Assembly (NCBI GenBank): GCA_002436405.1
Contig: DJLZ01000001.1
Coordinates: forward strand, 782,001 to 846,000
Reading direction: 5' to 3'
Length of the DNA stretch: 64,000 bases
From: Proteobacteria bacterium UBA6503
GTDB taxonomy: Bacteria > Pseudomonadota > Alphaproteobacteria > UBA1280 > UBA6503
Under the pieces are notes generated by a model, which saw nothing but the letters and a program-made list of their open reading frames with translations, was not told the DNA's origin and made no database searches. Positions 9,530-19,305 of the stretch are shown piece after piece; the first letter of the stretch is position 1, and each line of letters starts with the position of its first letter. A program made the translations under genes and the position numbers.

Positions 9530-9557
9530 GGGTTCACTTTTTTAGCAAACATTTTAA

Positions 9558-9583
9558 AGGGGCGTGAAAACGCCCTTTTTTTG
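9558..9583 (+). terminator. Hairpin plus T-run between atpI and atpB (possible attenuator or terminator)
   Basis: aggggcg-tgaaaa-cgccct followed by TTTTTTT. Confidence 0.45.
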
Positions 9584-9623
9584 TATTTAAACGCTTGACG
9601 AAAATGCCCTTTTAAGGGTAAAA

Positions 9624-10415
9624 GTGCCCTGCAAAGACCTTAAAAAAGAAAGGGCCGTAACCGTGGCATTGGATCCGCTTCATCAGTTTGAAATTCGCCA
9701 GATTGGCACACTTGCGCTTGGTCAGTTTGAACTTGCTGTTACAAACCAAGCTGTTTGGATTATGAGCTCAACCGCATTTTTGTGCGCGTTGCTAGTGCTT
9801 GCTGCTCGCCCTAAAGCTTTGGTGCCAGGCCGCCTACAAGGCATGCTTGAAGTCACCTACGGCTTTGTTGAAGAAATGGTAACCTCAGCCTCAGGTAAGG
9901 CTGGCATGCGTTTCTTTCCATTTGTATTTACGCTTTTCACATTTATCGCCATTTCAAACCTTTCAGGTATGATTCCTGGTTCATACACAACAACTTCACA
10001 GCTTACTGTGACAGCCACTTTCGCGCTGATTGTTTTTGGTATGGTTTGGGTTGTTGGCTTTTTGACCCACGGTCTTAAGTTCCTAAAACTTTTTGCACCA
10101 TCAGGTGTACCGCTACCACTGCTATTCTTGTTGGTACCGCTAGAGATTATTTCATTCTTTGCACGCCCGCTTACACTATCAGTGCGTTTGATGGCGAACA
10201 TGTTGGCAGGTCACATTCTGCTTAAAGTGTTTGCTGGCTTCGCTGTGATGATGGTGGGTGCTATGGGCTTCACTGGCCTAGCAACTGGCCTTGTACCAGG
10301 TGTTTTCTTGGTGGCACTATCTGCACTTGAGCTATTTGTGGCTTTGATTCAGGCTTACATTTTTGCGCTACTGACTTGCGTATATCTGAATGACGCCCTG
10401 CACATGCACCACTAA
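9624..10415 (+). CDS. atpB: F0F1 ATP synthase subunit a
   Basis: Conserved 'LSVRLMANMLAGH' with the essential Arg. The true start may be the in-frame GTG near 9663 ('VALDPLHQFEI'). Confidence 0.9.
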   Translation: MPCKDLKKERAVTVALDPLHQFEIRQIGTLALGQFELAVTNQAVWIMSSTAFLCALLVLAARPKALVPGRLQGMLEVTYGFVEEMVTSASGKAGMRFFPFVFTLFTFIAISNLSGMIPGSYTTTSQLTVTATFALIVFGMVWVVGFLTHGLKFLKLFAPSGVPLPLLFLLVPLEIISFFARPLTLSVRLMANMLAGHILLKVFAGFAVMMVGAMGFTGLATGLVPGVFLVALSALELFVALIQAYIFALLTCVYLNDALHMHH

Positions 10416-10551
10416 TAGACGGAAAAGTTTAAGAAATTAGCCTCAATCGGGTAGACATATTGACCGAGATAGGCTATAAGTTTGGGCAAATGGGGTTGAT
10501 AACAAATTTGCCTTATAAATAAAACAACATGAAAATAAGGATACTCTGATA

Positions 10552-10788
10552 ATGGAAGGTACAGATCTTACTATGCTTAAAGCAATCGGCGCTGGCTTGG
10601 CAGCCATGGGTATGATTGGCTCAGGTCTAGGTTTGGGTAACGTATTCGGCAAATACTTTGAAGCCGTAGCTCGTCAGCCAGAAGTTGAAGGCTCACTAAA
10701 AACTATGCTTTTCCTAGGCATGGCTCTAGTTGAAGCGATTGCTCTATTTGCATTCGTTATCGCTGCAATCATTCTGTTTGTTATCTAA
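10552..10788 (+). CDS. atpE: F0F1 ATP synthase subunit c
   Basis: 78 aa helical hairpin with the conserved carboxylate ('LVEAIALFAFV'). Confidence 0.92.
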   Translation: MEGTDLTMLKAIGAGLAAMGMIGSGLGLGNVFGKYFEAVARQPEVEGSLKTMLFLGMALVEAIALFAFVIAAIILFVI

Positions 10789-10816
10789 TAACCAAACGTA
10801 ATTCGAGGGAATAAAC

Positions 10817-11347
10817 ATGGCGTCATCAGCACACACAGCCGCAAGCTCAGCTCAAGAGCAACTATTCAACCTATCAATGGCTGAATCTACACTGTTCTGG
10901 ACAGGGCTTTCATTTTTCGTACTGCTTGTTGTTGTATGGCGCTATGTTGCCCCGGTTGTAAGCGACATCTTGGACCAGCGTTCTGCACGCATTCAAGAAG
11001 ACATGGATAAAGCGGCCTCACTACGTGAGCAAGCGCAACAAGCTTTGGCTGAGTACGAAACTCGCCTTAAGCTTGCTAAAAAAGAAGCACAAGAAATTGT
11101 GGCCCATGCAAAAACTGAAGCAGAAAGCATGATTGCTACTAAAACAGCTGAACTTGAGCGCGACATTGCACGCCGCTCAGAAGAAGCTAAAGTTGCAATC
11201 GAGCAAGCTAAGTCAAAAGCAATGCGCGACGTTCGTGCTGAGCTTGTTGACCTAGCTGTTGTAGCAGCAGAAAAAATCATCACTTCAGAAGTTGATAAGA
11301 AAAAAGCTTCTAAACTGACTGATGATTTGTTGAAGGAAATGCACTAA
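10817..11347 (+). CDS. atpF: F0F1 ATP synthase subunit b (or b')
   Basis: Single N-terminal TM followed by a long charged coiled coil. Position after atpE. Confidence 0.85.
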   Translation: MASSAHTAASSAQEQLFNLSMAESTLFWTGLSFFVLLVVVWRYVAPVVSDILDQRSARIQEDMDKAASLREQAQQALAEYETRLKLAKKEAQEIVAHAKTEAESMIATKTAELERDIARRSEEAKVAIEQAKSKAMRDVRAELVDLAVVAAEKIITSEVDKKKASKLTDDLLKEMH

Positions 11348-11451
11348 CACTTAAATAAAGTGTTGCATTGATTGATTTTCGGCGTTATCTTGCGCATTGG
11401 TTTGAAGCACAAAGCACTAAAACCACGAGATTTTAAAAGAGGTACATACCA

Positions 11452-11667
11452 ATGAAACAAGGCATTCACCCAGACTACCACGATATTAAAGTGGTAATGA
11501 CCGACGGTACAGAGTACACCACCCGTTCTACATGGGGCAAAGAAGGTGAAGAGATGAAGCTGTTGATCGACTCTAAGTCACACCCAGCTTACACCGGCAA
11601 ACGCCGTAACATCGACTCTCTTGGTCGTATTGAGAAGTTCAACAAGCGTTACGGCCGTAAATCATAG
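11452..11667 (+). CDS. rpmE: 50S ribosomal protein L31 (cysteine-less alphaproteobacterial type)
   Basis: '[32 protein letters not shown]' L31 signature. Confidence 0.92.
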   Translation: MKQGIHPDYHDIKVVMTDGTEYTTRSTWGKEGEEMKLLIDSKSHPAYTGKRRNIDSLGRIEKFNKRYGRKS

Positions 11668-11684
11668 GCTCTGCTTGCAGAATT

Positions 11685-11716
11685 TAAAAAACCCAGCCAA
11701 CGGCTGGGTTTTTTGT
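11685..11716. terminator. Bidirectional rho-independent terminator between rpmE and cheW
   Basis: aaaaaa-cccagcc-aacg-gctgggt-tttttt. Confidence 0.8.
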
Positions 11717-11744
11717 GTTTGCTTAAGCGCTGGTGTATTAAAAA

Positions 11745-12284
11745 TTACTCACCAACGTGGTCGAGAGTTTCCATCTCTTCTGAATTAAACACCTTGTGCA
11801 GATCAATCAGAATAATCATACGCTCGTTATAGTAGGCAATGCCTTTAATATATTCGGCACCAATACCGCCCGAGATCAGCGCAGGGGCTGGCTTTACAAA
11901 ATCGGTTGGAATACGCAGCACTTCAGAGTCACCATCTACAATAAGGCCAAGTACACTGTTGGCAACTTCAACCACAACAATACGGTTTTTGTCAGAGTCT
12001 GATTTACTTTCAAGCTTAAAGCGCTTACGCAAATCTACAATCGGGATAATCTGACCACGAAGGTTAATCACACCTTCAACAAACTCAGGTGCGTTTGGCA
12101 CTGGCGTTACGTCAGACATTAGAATAATTTCGCGGACGTCCAAAATCGGCACACCGAACTCTTCGCCCATTAGGTCAAAGGTTACAAGGTGGAGGAGGAC
12201 ATCAGATGCACGTGCACCAACCTCAGAGCCTGAGTGTTGTGCGGCAACGTTTTTGTTTTCAGTAGATGGAACAAGCTCATTCAT
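11745..12284 (-). CDS. cheW: Chemotaxis coupling protein CheW
   Basis: CheW domain ('EFGVPILDVREII...VPNAPEFVEGVINLRGQIIPIVDLR'). Confidence 0.9.
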   Translation of the reverse strand: MNELVPSTENKNVAAQHSGSEVGARASDVLLHLVTFDLMGEEFGVPILDVREIILMSDVTPVPNAPEFVEGVINLRGQIIPIVDLRKRFKLESKSDSDKNRIVVVEVANSVLGLIVDGDSEVLRIPTDFVKPAPALISGGIGAEYIKGIAYYNERMIILIDLHKVFNSEEMETLDHVGE

Positions 12285-12451
12285 AATCTGGCAAAGCCTT
12301 TTTTGTTATTTGTGTAAGTACCCATATTCTAATGGTAGACACCACGAAAATAAAATGACACTTACCCTGACAGGCGTTTATAGGTCGAATTTTGCTAAAC
12401 CCTTGTGTATACTATACATCATTAATCTAATTTAACGTTGAGGCCGCACCA

Positions 12452-13840
12452 ATGGTTGACCCTTTTAAAACCGCAACTGAACACCTTGAAGATGTTGCCC
12501 TAAGCCGCACTTTTGGCAAGGTTGTGGGGGTTTCTGGGTTGGTGATTCAGTGTGAAGGCCTTGACGATACAGCCATTGGCAGCCGCTGCCTTGTTCAAAC
12601 CCGCCAGAATGATGAATTTACAGCCGAAGTGGTTGGCTACAAAGATGGCCAAGTACTGCTGATGCCATTTGCACCCATCGAAGGCGTGGGTCCAGGTTGC
12701 CGTGTGTACACCCTTTCTGACCAGCCTGTTATTAAAGTGAATAACAGCTTCATTGGCCGTGTGATCGATGGCCTTGGTAACCCTATTGATGGCAAAGGCC
12801 CTATTGCTTTGGGTGGCGAAAGTCGCCAACTAAAAGCTGCGCCACCAGCCCCAGGCATGCGTAAGCCTATTGGTAAAAAGCTTGATGTGGGCGTACGTGC
12901 CCTTAATACATTTATTCCGCTTTGCCGTGGCCAGCGTATGGGTATCTTCTCAGGCTCTGGTGTTGGTAAATCAACCCTGCTGGGGATGATTGCCAAATTT
13001 GCTGATGCAGAAGTGAACGTGATTGCCCTAACCGGTGAGCGTGGCCGTGAGGTGATGGAGTTTATCCATAACAGCCTAGGTGAAGAAGGCTTGCGTAAGT
13101 CAGTTGTGGTTGTAGCAACAGGTGATGAGCCACCACTGATGCGCCGTCAGGCCGCATTTACAGCCATGGCTGTTGCCGAATACTTTCGTGATTGCGGATT
13201 CCAATGTTTGATGATGATGGACTCAGTGACTCGTTTTGCAATGGCTCAGCGTGAAATTGGCCTATCAGCAGGCGAACCACCAACCACCCGTGGTTACACA
13301 CCATCAGTATTCTCAGAGCTTCCACGCCTTCTTGAGCGTGCAGGCACCTGTGAAGGTAAGGGGACAATTACAGGACTGTTTACCGTGCTTGTAGAAGGTG
13401 GAGACCTTGATGAACCTGTGGCGGATGCTGTACGTGGTATTTTGGATGGTCACATCGTGCTCGACCGTGCGCTGGCTGAACAAGGGCACTTTCCCTCAAT
13501 TAATATTCTAAAGTCAGTTTCACGTGCGATGCCGCAGTGTAATACCGCTGAAGAAAATAAATTGGTAACCATGGCTCGCCGTCATTACGCGACTTTTGAC
13601 AACATGGCTGAGCTTATTCGCTTGGGTGCCTACAAGAAGGGCAGCGATAGCGATGTTGATACCGCTATTTTCTATCATGATTCCCTCGAGAAGTTTTTAA
13701 CCCAAGAGCCTGAAGAGTCAGCCTCAATGGATGGGGGCTATAACGCCCTTGCTGAAATTTTGGGTGAGGAAGCACCAGCAACACCAGCTGATGGGCAAGA
13801 TGATACTCAACCTAATGATAAAGCGCCTCAGGAAGCCTAA
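12452..13840 (+). CDS. fliI: Flagellum-specific ATP synthase FliI
   Basis: Walker A 'GSGVGKST'. F1/T3SS-ATPase fold. Followed by fliJ. Confidence 0.93.
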   Translation: MVDPFKTATEHLEDVALSRTFGKVVGVSGLVIQCEGLDDTAIGSRCLVQTRQNDEFTAEVVGYKDGQVLLMPFAPIEGVGPGCRVYTLSDQPVIKVNNSFIGRVIDGLGNPIDGKGPIALGGESRQLKAAPPAPGMRKPIGKKLDVGVRALNTFIPLCRGQRMGIFSGSGVGKSTLLGMIAKFADAEVNVIALTGERGREVMEFIHNSLGEEGLRKSVVVVATGDEPPLMRRQAAFTAMAVAEYFRDCGFQCLMMMDSVTRFAMAQREIGLSAGEPPTTRGYTPSVFSELPRLLERAGTCEGKGTITGLFTVLVEGGDLDEPVADAVRGILDGHIVLDRALAEQGHFPSINILKSVSRAMPQCNTAEENKLVTMARRHYATFDNMAELIRLGAYKKGSDSDVDTAIFYHDSLEKFLTQEPEESASMDGGYNALAEILGEEAPATPADGQDDTQPNDKAPQEA

Positions 13841-13845
13841 CCTCT

Positions 13846-14274
13846 ATGGCGGACACAATCAAAACACTTGATAACCTTGTGCGTTTAGCCAAAAAAAACG
13901 TTGAGGATATTCAAAAGCAAATCGCTGAAGTGCAAACCGCTATTGAAGGCCACGTGCTGAAAATCCGCAGTCTACAAAAGAAGATTGAAGACGAGGGCGA
14001 GGCCGCTGGCACTGACCCTATGCTTTTAACAGCCCTTTCACGCTTTACCGAAAAGACCGAAAAAGACATTAAAGAGCGTCAAGGCAAAGTGCAGGCGCTG
14101 CGTCAACACGAAGCACAGCTGCGCGACCAGTTGACTGAAGAGTTTGCCACTCAAAAACGCTATGAAATTTTGTATGAACGCAAGCTACTAGAAGAAAAGC
14201 AGCGTATTCAAAAAGCCCAGCAAGACCAACTGGACGAAGTTGCTGCAACTAGCCAGCGTAATAAAATTTCATAA
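13846..14274 (+). CDS. fliJ: Flagellar export protein FliJ
   Basis: 142 aa all-coiled-coil protein immediately after fliI. Confidence 0.8.
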   Translation: MADTIKTLDNLVRLAKKNVEDIQKQIAEVQTAIEGHVLKIRSLQKKIEDEGEAAGTDPMLLTALSRFTEKTEKDIKERQGKVQALRQHEAQLRDQLTEEFATQKRYEILYERKLLEEKQRIQKAQQDQLDEVAATSQRNKIS

Positions 14275-14363
14275 TATAACAACCGCCTACTTGAATATAC
14301 CATGTGCGCCCCCTATAAAAAGGGGGTGTGTTATGGTAACCTATTCAAAAATAAGAGAAAATA

Positions 14364-15467
14364 ATGCCTAAAGTTGTTATTGTATCAGGAACTCGTCCAG
14401 AGGTTGTAAAGCTTGCGCCAGTGTTGCAGGCCTTGCGTAATATTCCAACGTTAACTGCCGAATGGCATAGTACTGGCCAACACCGCGAAATGCTTGACCA
14501 GGCCGAGGCTGTTTTTGGGATTACACCAGATGCTGACTTTGACGTTATGCAGCCAAACCAAACACCGCTTGATGTTGTGACCCGTATTTCAAAAGAGCTT
14601 GAGCAACATTGGAGTAAAGATAAGCCCGACTTTGTTGTGGTCCAGGGTGATACTGCCACAACGTTTGCTGCAGCATTAACAGCGTTTTACATGCGCATTC
14701 CGGTCGGCCACGTTGAGGCTGGCTTGCGGAGTTACAACCCGCAAGAGCCATTCCCCGAAGAAGCGCACCGCCGCATGATTGGGCCTCTAACAACATTGCA
14801 CTTCCCGCCGACGGCTATGTCGCAGCGCAATTTGGTGATGGAACACTTTGCCCCTGAAGATATTCATACTGTAGGCAATACCGTGGTAGATGCCTTGCTC
14901 AGCATTCCTGATGATCCTGAATTTGTGGTTGGCGATAATGTTGACCCCAATAAACGCCTTATTTTGGTAACGGCACACCGCCGTGAGAACCACCAACAGC
15001 TAACTGATATTTGCAAAGCACTGAAGCAAATTCGTGATGCAAACGATGATGTGGAAATTGTCTTCCCTGTTCACCTAAACCCTAATGTACGGAAGGTGAC
15101 TGACGCTGAACTTAAGGATGAAGAGCGTATTCACCTGCTTGACCCTATGGGATACTTTGATTTTGTGCAGCTGATGCGCCGTGCTCAGCTTATTCTGACA
15201 GACAGTGGTGGCATTCAAGAAGAAGCCCCAACTTACAAGATCCCGACCCTTGTTTTACGCCGCCAAACCGAGCGCCCTGAAGCGGTAAACGCAGGCATGG
15301 CACGCCTTGTGGGGACGGACACTAAAACAATTGTAGATAATGCAAACGAATTGCTGCAAAATGCAGATTCATACGACGCAATGCGTAAGGGTGAGAACCC
15401 CTTTGGGGATGGCCTAAGCGGCCAACGAATTGCCGAGATTATTAATGATTTTCTAGCTAAAGGCTAA
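14364..15467 (+). CDS. wecB: UDP-N-acetylglucosamine 2-epimerase (non-hydrolysing); WecB/NfrC homolog
   Basis: 'KVVIVSGTRPEVVKLAPV...HVEAGLRS...DSGGIQEEAP' epimerase signature. Confidence 0.88.
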   Translation: MPKVVIVSGTRPEVVKLAPVLQALRNIPTLTAEWHSTGQHREMLDQAEAVFGITPDADFDVMQPNQTPLDVVTRISKELEQHWSKDKPDFVVVQGDTATTFAAALTAFYMRIPVGHVEAGLRSYNPQEPFPEEAHRRMIGPLTTLHFPPTAMSQRNLVMEHFAPEDIHTVGNTVVDALLSIPDDPEFVVGDNVDPNKRLILVTAHRRENHQQLTDICKALKQIRDANDDVEIVFPVHLNPNVRKVTDAELKDEERIHLLDPMGYFDFVQLMRRAQLILTDSGGIQEEAPTYKIPTLVLRRQTERPEAVNAGMARLVGTDTKTIVDNANELLQNADSYDAMRKGENPFGDGLSGQRIAEIINDFLAKG

Positions 15468-15471
15468 CGCA

Positions 15472-17157
15472 TTGCTACTCATCGACTTTGTTGCATTTTA
15501 TATGTTCTTCCTTAAAGGCCTGTTGGTCTTTACGGCGACGGTTATTATTATCTCAAGCCTTGATGACTTGTTTTTTGACCTTGTATATTGGGTACGTGTG
15601 ACCCACCGCTGGTTTGTGTTCCGTCATAAGTATAAGCCGCTTGAGGCTGAGGCCTTGTTTGTGCCAGCACAAAAGCCTTTTGCTGTTATGGTGCCTGCCT
15701 GGCAAGAGAGTGACGTTATTGCCCATATGGTCAACAACACGCTGCGTACGTTTGACTATGACAACTACCAGATTTTTATCGGGTGCTACAAAAACGACCC
15801 CGCCACCCAAGCCGAAGCCGATAAACTGGCAGAACAATACCCACAAGTACATAAAGTGGTGGTGCCACACGATGGCCCAACCTGTAAGGCTGACTGCCTA
15901 AACTGGCTGATTCAGGGTGTGAAACTTCAAGAGAAAAAGCAAGGCGAAGAGTTTGCTGGCATCGTGATGCACGATGCTGAAGATGTTGTGCACCGCCTAG
16001 AGCTACGCCTTTTTAACCACCTTGTTGATCGTAAAGACCTTATGCAGCTGCCTGTATTTTCGCTTGAGCGTAAATGGTACGAGTTTACTGCCGGCCACTA
16101 CATTGACGAATTTGCTGAAGCCCATACAAAAGATATGCTCGTCCGTGAAGAGCTTATTGGCGAAGTGCCAAGCGCTGGTGTGGCAACGTGTTTTTCACGC
16201 CGTGCAATTGAAGCTCTGGCTGCTGAGAATAACAACATCGTCTTTAACACCGATAGCCTGACTGAAGACTATGACATTAGCTTCCGTCTAAAGTCATTGG
16301 GGATGAGTCAAATTTTCTTACGTTATGGGGTGATGGCCACCATACGTAAAACCTCGCCATTTACGGGCAAGGTGCGTACGGTGCGCCAACGCGATTACGT
16401 TGCCACGCGTGAGTACTTCCCGAACAGCATTACAACAGCTAAGCGCCAAAAGTCTCGCTGGATTTTGGGGATTGTGTTTCAAGGGTGGCGCACCATGGGC
16501 TGGCACGGCAATATTGTGATGCGCTATGTGCTGTTCCGTGACCGTAAGGCGCTGATTACATCGCTTGCCACATTCTGCGCCTACTTTATTTTTGCGAACA
16601 TTTTAACGCTACGTACGCTTGATTACCTGTTTGGTGATGCCTACCAATTCCCAAGTATTGTTGAGATTGGTACATTCCCTTGGTGGTTGATTCTGTTTAA
16701 CATCTTCTTTTTAGCAAACCGTATCTTCCACCGTATGTTGTTTACCACACGCATCTACGGGTGGGAGCAGGGCTTGTTGTCATTCCCACGCATGATTGTG
16801 GGGAACTACGTTAACTTTTTGGCAACGTCACGTGCGCTACGCTTGTTTATTATGCATGTGTTCTTTGGCCAAAAATTGGTGTGGGATAAAACCGACCACG
16901 CATATCCTTCGGCTGATGAGCTGGCCCACATGAAGCAACGCTTGGGTGAGCTGCTTATTGAGCGTCGCCTGATTACACAGCATGCGCTGGCACAAGCTTT
17001 GAAAAAGCAAAAAGATGCGAAACGCCCACTGGGTGAAATTTTGCTTGATATGGAAGCGATTACAATTGACGATTTGGCCAATGCCCTTGCCCAAAACCTT
17101 GGCATTTCTGTAGGTGAGGCACGCCAAAAACTTACTGCAAAGGAAGCGACAGCATAA
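15472..17157 (+). CDS. nfrB: NfrB-like membrane-anchored family-2 glycosyltransferase with a C-terminal MshEN (T2SSE_N-like) c-di-GMP-binding domain
   Basis: N-terminal TM helices. GT2 core ('VMVPAWQESDVIAHMV...VVVPHDGPTCKADCLNW...VMHDAEDVVH'). C-terminal tandem MshEN motif ('RLGELLIERRLITQHALAQAL...PLGEILLDMEAITIDDLANALAQNLGI'). TTG start at 15472 (alternative ATG at 15502). Confidence 0.8.
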   Translation: MLLIDFVAFYMFFLKGLLVFTATVIIISSLDDLFFDLVYWVRVTHRWFVFRHKYKPLEAEALFVPAQKPFAVMVPAWQESDVIAHMVNNTLRTFDYDNYQIFIGCYKNDPATQAEADKLAEQYPQVHKVVVPHDGPTCKADCLNWLIQGVKLQEKKQGEEFAGIVMHDAEDVVHRLELRLFNHLVDRKDLMQLPVFSLERKWYEFTAGHYIDEFAEAHTKDMLVREELIGEVPSAGVATCFSRRAIEALAAENNNIVFNTDSLTEDYDISFRLKSLGMSQIFLRYGVMATIRKTSPFTGKVRTVRQRDYVATREYFPNSITTAKRQKSRWILGIVFQGWRTMGWHGNIVMRYVLFRDRKALITSLATFCAYFIFANILTLRTLDYLFGDAYQFPSIVEIGTFPWWLILFNIFFLANRIFHRMLFTTRIYGWEQGLLSFPRMIVGNYVNFLATSRALRLFIMHVFFGQKLVWDKTDHAYPSADELAHMKQRLGELLIERRLITQHALAQALKKQKDAKRPLGEILLDMEAITIDDLANALAQNLGISVGEARQKLTAKEATA

Positions 17158-19175
17158 TGCGCACATTTGTTCTAACAGCTTTAACTTTAAGTGTTTTTGC
17201 AACAGGGCTTCATGCCCTGCCTGAGGTTGCTCATGCTGAAAGCTCACTTGCGAACTTTCGCTCATACCCCCTAGCAAGCCGTGGCTATAACCTAATTGAG
17301 CAGCGCCGTTATGAAGATGCTCGTAAAATGTTTGAGCGTGCCGTACAAATTATGCCCTCAAACATCGACTACCGCTTGCAGCTGGCAAACTTGCTGGTGA
17401 CTGAAAAGCGCTTTGCTAAAGCGCACCAAGTGGTGCTTGAAGGCCTAAAGCTTACACCAAACCACCGTGGTTTGATTGTGCTTGAAGATAATCTACGCAA
17501 AGAACTTGCCGCCCTTGAGGTGAACTTACCTCCATTGCCTGAAGACCCTAACGCCAAGGCACGTTTTATTACGTCGCCGTATACCGAGCGTCAACGTGCT
17601 GTTGTTGAAAGTACAGTGGATGGTCAGCTTGCAGGCTCAAGTTCTGAAAGCTACTGCGAAACATTGCTTACCGATAGCTATAACGACCTCGCCGATAGCG
17701 CTGCCTTAAATGCGGGCTACTGCGCACTAGATGCAAAAGAAAACGCTAAGGCTATTAAACTTTTTGAAAATGCAAGCTACAGCAAAGATAGTGCTATTGC
17801 GGTGCAGGCGTTAAACCAGTTGGGCTTTATTTACACCGATAAAAACCAACACGCTAAAGCCGCCCAATACTGGCGCAAGTCAGTGGCGATGGAGCCGAAC
17901 ACCGGGATTGAGATTAACATTGCCCGTGCGTACCGCCTATCAGGCGAGCTAGAAAAGGCCCATAAGGCCCTTACACCTATTGCTGAGGGTACTGACACTA
18001 CCGCCGAGAATAAAGTGGCTGCAATGCGCGAATTGGCCCTTATGTTTGATGACCAAGACAATACCCCCGAAGCCTATGAAGCAGGCGAAGACATTATTGC
18101 CCTCAAACCTATTGCCTCAGATTATTACTACCAAGCTTTGCGCGCCCAACGTATGGGTGATTATGACCAAGCGCTAGACTACCTAGAGCAGGCCAACCAA
18201 ATGCAGCCCGATACATTTATTTACATGTACAGCCTTGCTTATGCCTACCGAGCCGATGGCCAGTTTGAGAATGCAGCCAACATGTTTGAAAAAGCATTGG
18301 GTAAAGAAGACTCAACCGACCTGCGCCTTGACTATGCCTACAGCCTTAAAGAAATTGGCGAGCGTAAAAAGGCTGCCGAGCAGTTTGTGATTGTGCAAAA
18401 CCAAATTGATGATGTTGAAAAAGAAGACCCTATGCGCCGCGAAGTGCGTGATCTGAACCGTGAATGGACGACTTTCGGCAGCATTAGTTACCGTGATGGT
18501 GTTTACAGCGGTATCGATTCAACAGGTTCGCAGCTTTATGACGATAGCTTCCAGTACGGTATCGAAACTGTATATAGCCCTGAAAAATGGCAGCGTAATG
18601 GCCGCCGTGTTCAGCTTTACGGTCAAATTTTTGCGTCATCTGATAGCAGCACGTTTAACTGGAACCAAGACTCAACCCAAGGGGCTATTGGTGCCCGCGT
18701 TACACCACTGCGAGATACCGAGTGGTACCTTTACATCGCACGTCTTGTGGCACTGGGTGATGATGCTCTAAACGATACGCAACTACGTACGACATTTAGC
18801 AACACCGATGGCTTTGAGTACGAGGCCACCGAAAACGATTGGGAATATAAGTTCTTTAACGTTGATTTGTCATACCTGATTGAAGAAGACCAAATCTTTG
18901 CAACATCTGAAGCCCGCTATGGTCGCTCATACAAACGAGGGACTGACCTTGTGTTGACGCCGCACGTGGTGCTTGCAGGCTCAGTAATTGAAAATGACAT
19001 CCGTGACAGCCAAAACCTTGAGGCAGGCTTAGGTGTGAGTGCTAAGCTTTGGAAAGGGGAAACGGAAACCCAATACCCCGATAAAAGCCTTGAGCTTATT
19101 GTGCAGTGGCGCCAACCCATTAGCAGTGACGATAATAAATCAGGCCCATTTATCCGCCTTGTGGGCCAGTTTTAA
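17157..19175 (+). CDS. nfrA: NfrA-like outer-membrane protein: signal peptide, N-terminal TPR array, C-terminal beta-barrel ending in Phe
   Basis: ATG overlaps the nfrB stop (taATGc). Signal peptide 'MRTFVLTALTLSVFATGLHALPEVAHA'. TPR-like repeats in residues ~40-400. The C-terminal ~270 aa have an alternating hydrophobic pattern ending in '...IRLVGQF'. Confidence 0.7.
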   Translation: MRTFVLTALTLSVFATGLHALPEVAHAESSLANFRSYPLASRGYNLIEQRRYEDARKMFERAVQIMPSNIDYRLQLANLLVTEKRFAKAHQVVLEGLKLTPNHRGLIVLEDNLRKELAALEVNLPPLPEDPNAKARFITSPYTERQRAVVESTVDGQLAGSSSESYCETLLTDSYNDLADSAALNAGYCALDAKENAKAIKLFENASYSKDSAIAVQALNQLGFIYTDKNQHAKAAQYWRKSVAMEPNTGIEINIARAYRLSGELEKAHKALTPIAEGTDTTAENKVAAMRELALMFDDQDNTPEAYEAGEDIIALKPIASDYYYQALRAQRMGDYDQALDYLEQANQMQPDTFIYMYSLAYAYRADGQFENAANMFEKALGKEDSTDLRLDYAYSLKEIGERKKAAEQFVIVQNQIDDVEKEDPMRREVRDLNREWTTFGSISYRDGVYSGIDSTGSQLYDDSFQYGIETVYSPEKWQRNGRRVQLYGQIFASSDSSTFNWNQDSTQGAIGARVTPLRDTEWYLYIARLVALGDDALNDTQLRTTFSNTDGFEYEATENDWEYKFFNVDLSYLIEEDQIFATSEARYGRSYKRGTDLVLTPHVVLAGSVIENDIRDSQNLEAGLGVSAKLWKGETETQYPDKSLELIVQWRQPISSDDNKSGPFIRLVGQF

Positions 19176-19196
19176 TAAAAAAGCTTAAAAAAAGCA

Positions 19197-19237
19197 GAGG
19201 GTTGTATACAGTTTTTGTTGCAACCCTTTGTTTTTTG
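19197..19237 (+). terminator. Rho-independent terminator after nfrA
   Basis: gagggttg-(16 nt loop)-caaccct followed by ttgttttttg. Confidence 0.7.
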
Positions 19238-19305
19238 CGTATCATGCAGTCAAACACTCTATCTTTCTTTCCCTTTTCTTAAGACATCCCACAGGAGAAC
19301 TACTT

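Noticed and set aside
10817-11347. Only one ATP synthase b-type subunit gene, whereas many alphaproteobacteria have b and b'
   Set aside because: The second copy may simply be elsewhere, or the annotation convention may differ. This is not evidence of anything unusual from this window alone.
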